Below, one piece after another: positions 62,351-64,000 of a stretch of DNA of 64,000 nucleotides. A program made the position numbers and the translations under genes. Numbering within the stretch: the first letter of the stretch is position 1; every line of letters begins with the position of its first letter. The notes beneath the pieces were generated by a model. The model was not told the DNA's origin and did no database searches. It worked only from the letters and a program-made list of their open reading frames with translations. Origin of the DNA: Alphaproteobacteria bacterium (GTDB taxonomy: Bacteria > Pseudomonadota > Alphaproteobacteria > SMXQ01); NCBI GenBank assembly GCA_004356985.1, contig SMXQ01000078.1, forward strand, positions 593-64,592. Direction: 5' to 3'.

Positions 62351-62827
62351 CTAAGACGCCATGGCTTTGGCGGCGCGCTTGACCGCTTTCAGGATGGCGA
62401 AATGCGTCCCGCAGCGGCACTTGAGACCCTTGAGCCCGGCACGGATCTGCTTGTCGGACAGCTTCGGATTCTTGTTGAGCATTTCCGCCGCCGTCATGAT
62501 CCAGCCGTTGATGCAATAGCCGCACTGGGGCACTTGTTCTTCCACGAAGGCGGTTTGCACCGGATGCGGTTTTTCGGGCGTGCCCAGGCCCGTCAGGGTC
62601 ACCACCTTCTTGCCGCGAACCGAGCCCACCGGCGTCACGCAGGACCGAATGGCCTTGCCGTTGACATGCACCGTGCAGGCGCCGCACTGGGCCAGGCCGC
62701 AGCCGAAATGGGGATTGTTCAAGCCGATATCGTTCCTGAGCGCGTAGAGGAGCGGCATATCGGGGTCGACGGTGACGGTGAAGTGACCGCCGTTTACATT
62801 GAGTCTCATGCGTTGAGGTTTCGCCAT
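62351..62827 (-). CDS. (2Fe-2S)-binding small subunit (IorA/CoxS-like)
   Basis: FGCGLAQCGACTV, QCGYC, CRCG. Confidence 0.93.
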   Translation of the reverse strand: MAKPQRMRLNVNGGHFTVTVDPDMPLLYALRNDIGLNNPHFGCGLAQCGACTVHVNGKAIRSCVTPVGSVRGKKVVTLTGLGTPEKPHPVQTAFVEEQVPQCGYCINGWIMTAAEMLNKNPKLSDKQIRAGLKGLKCRCGTHFAILKAVKRAAKAMAS

Positions 62828-63120
62828 GTGAACCCCTCCCTATAGATCGACGCGCGGGCGGCCAGGGACGGGGAAGCCCTATGCCGCCGATGCCGTCGCA
62901 CCGGTTCGATTACCGCCAAAAGCTAGGGGGACTGGTCAAAAGCCAAAGAAAATGACAGAAGCAACGAAACGCGCGGGCGCGCCGCCGCTCCGATTCCCAC
63001 GTTTGAAAGTTCCCCTAATCCATTCTTTTTATTCCAGGCTGCAACGCTGGAAAGTTTCGGCCCGGGCCGCCCCGGAGTCAAGGGCGTTGGGACATTTCCG
63101 CCAGGCCGCGCCCATTGGCG

Positions 63121-63750
63121 TCAAGCTCGGGCCGAGAAACCGGCGATGTCCTCGGAGGTGTCGAGATCGACCAGGGTTCCGGTGCCGGCCATGGCAATTT
63201 CGGCCACCAATTCGGGGTGCGCCGCGATCACCGTTTTGGCCCCACTGTCGCCGGTGAGGGCCAGCAGTTCGGGGAAAAACCGGCGGGCGAACAGCACCGG
63301 GTTGCCCCGGCGCCCGCCCGCTTTGGGCACGCAAATGGCGGCGCCCCCTTGGGCGTCGAAGGCGGCGATCAATAGGTCGATCTCGGCCGCCTTGATGGCC
63401 GGCATGTCGCCCAGGCAGATCAGCGCCGCCGCCACGTCGCCGGGCAGCGCCTTGATTCCGGCAATGATGGAACCGGCCATGCCCTGGGCGAAATCGGCGT
63501 TATGGGCGAATTCCACACCCTGGCCGGCCAGCGCCGCGCAGACCTCGGCGCTTTGATGCCCGGTCACGACGATGATGGGAAACGCGTTCGAGCCCGTGAT
63601 GCGGGCAAGGGCGCGGGCGACCATGGGGATGCCGCCGATGGGCGCCAAAAGCTTGTTTGTGGCGCCCGCCCGGGTGCTTCGTCCGGCGGCGAGGACGACG
63701 GCCGCGATGCGCGGCGCCGGGTGGTCTTTAGGCGGACTGTTTTTTGCCAT
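63121..63750 (-). CDS. mocA: Molybdenum cofactor cytidylyltransferase-like protein
   Basis: VLAAGRSTR, NKLL, LGDMP, GNPVLF, GDSGA, DLDT. Confidence 0.8.
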   Translation of the reverse strand: MAKNSPPKDHPAPRIAAVVLAAGRSTRAGATNKLLAPIGGIPMVARALARITGSNAFPIIVVTGHQSAEVCAALAGQGVEFAHNADFAQGMAGSIIAGIKALPGDVAAALICLGDMPAIKAAEIDLLIAAFDAQGGAAICVPKAGGRRGNPVLFARRFFPELLALTGDSGAKTVIAAHPELVAEIAMAGTGTLVDLDTSEDIAGFSARA

Positions 63751-64000
63751 ACCCCTTCTTTTCGGGGCGCAGCACGTCGATCATCTCGGCGACGATGGAG
63801 ACCGCGATCTCGGCCGGTGAAAGGGCCCCGATATCGAGCCCCACGGGCCCGTGGATGCGATCGAGATCGGCATCGGTGAAGCCTTCGCCCTTCATGCGTT
63901 CACGGCGCAGGGCCTGGGTCTTGCGCGAGCCCAGCGCGCCGACGTAAAAGGCGTCGGACCGAAGCGCCGTCGCCAGGGCCGGTTCATCGAGCTTGGGGTC
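63728..64000 (-). CDS. xdhC: XdhC family molybdoenzyme chaperone, C-terminal part (5' end outside window)
   Basis: Manual translation: DPKLDEPAL...FYVGALGSRKT...RIHGPVGLDIGALSPAEIAVSI. Confidence 0.9.
   Translation of the reverse strand, partial: DPKLDEPALATALRSDAFYVGALGSRKTQALRRERMKGEGFTDADLDRIHGPVGLDIGALSPAEIAVSIVAEMIDVLRPEKKGYGKKQSA

Noticed and set aside
62830-63120. Moco riboswitch upstream of the molybdoenzyme genes
   Set aside because: No convincing multi-stem structure found by eye

Overview
High-GC (roughly two-thirds G+C by eye) alphaproteobacterial chromosome segment with Rhodospirillales-like gene order. Core genes: sdhCDAB; ffh-rpsP-rimM-trmD-rplS-leuC-leuD-leuB-(low-GC insert)-asd; dapF-mtaB-ftsY; tkt-gap-pgk. 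Other loci: a sigma54-driven cyanate uptake/cyanase operon, a Gld-like ABC system, a periplasmic molybdoenzyme locus, and a roughly 15 kb organic-acid catabolic cluster with two MmgE/PrpD proteins and five Asp/Glu-racemase-superfamily paralogues with altered catalytic residues. The most striking signal is the apparently non-coding 7751-8445 interval upstream of sdhC. On the + strand it folds into a roughly 700-nt, multi-junction RNA with six GNRA and two UNCG tetraloops. It lacks the hallmarks of RNase P RNA, tmRNA and self-splicing introns, and it is bracketed by DnaA boxes, making it a candidate large, possibly undescribed ncRNA. All calls come from reading the sequence; no searches or folding programs were run.
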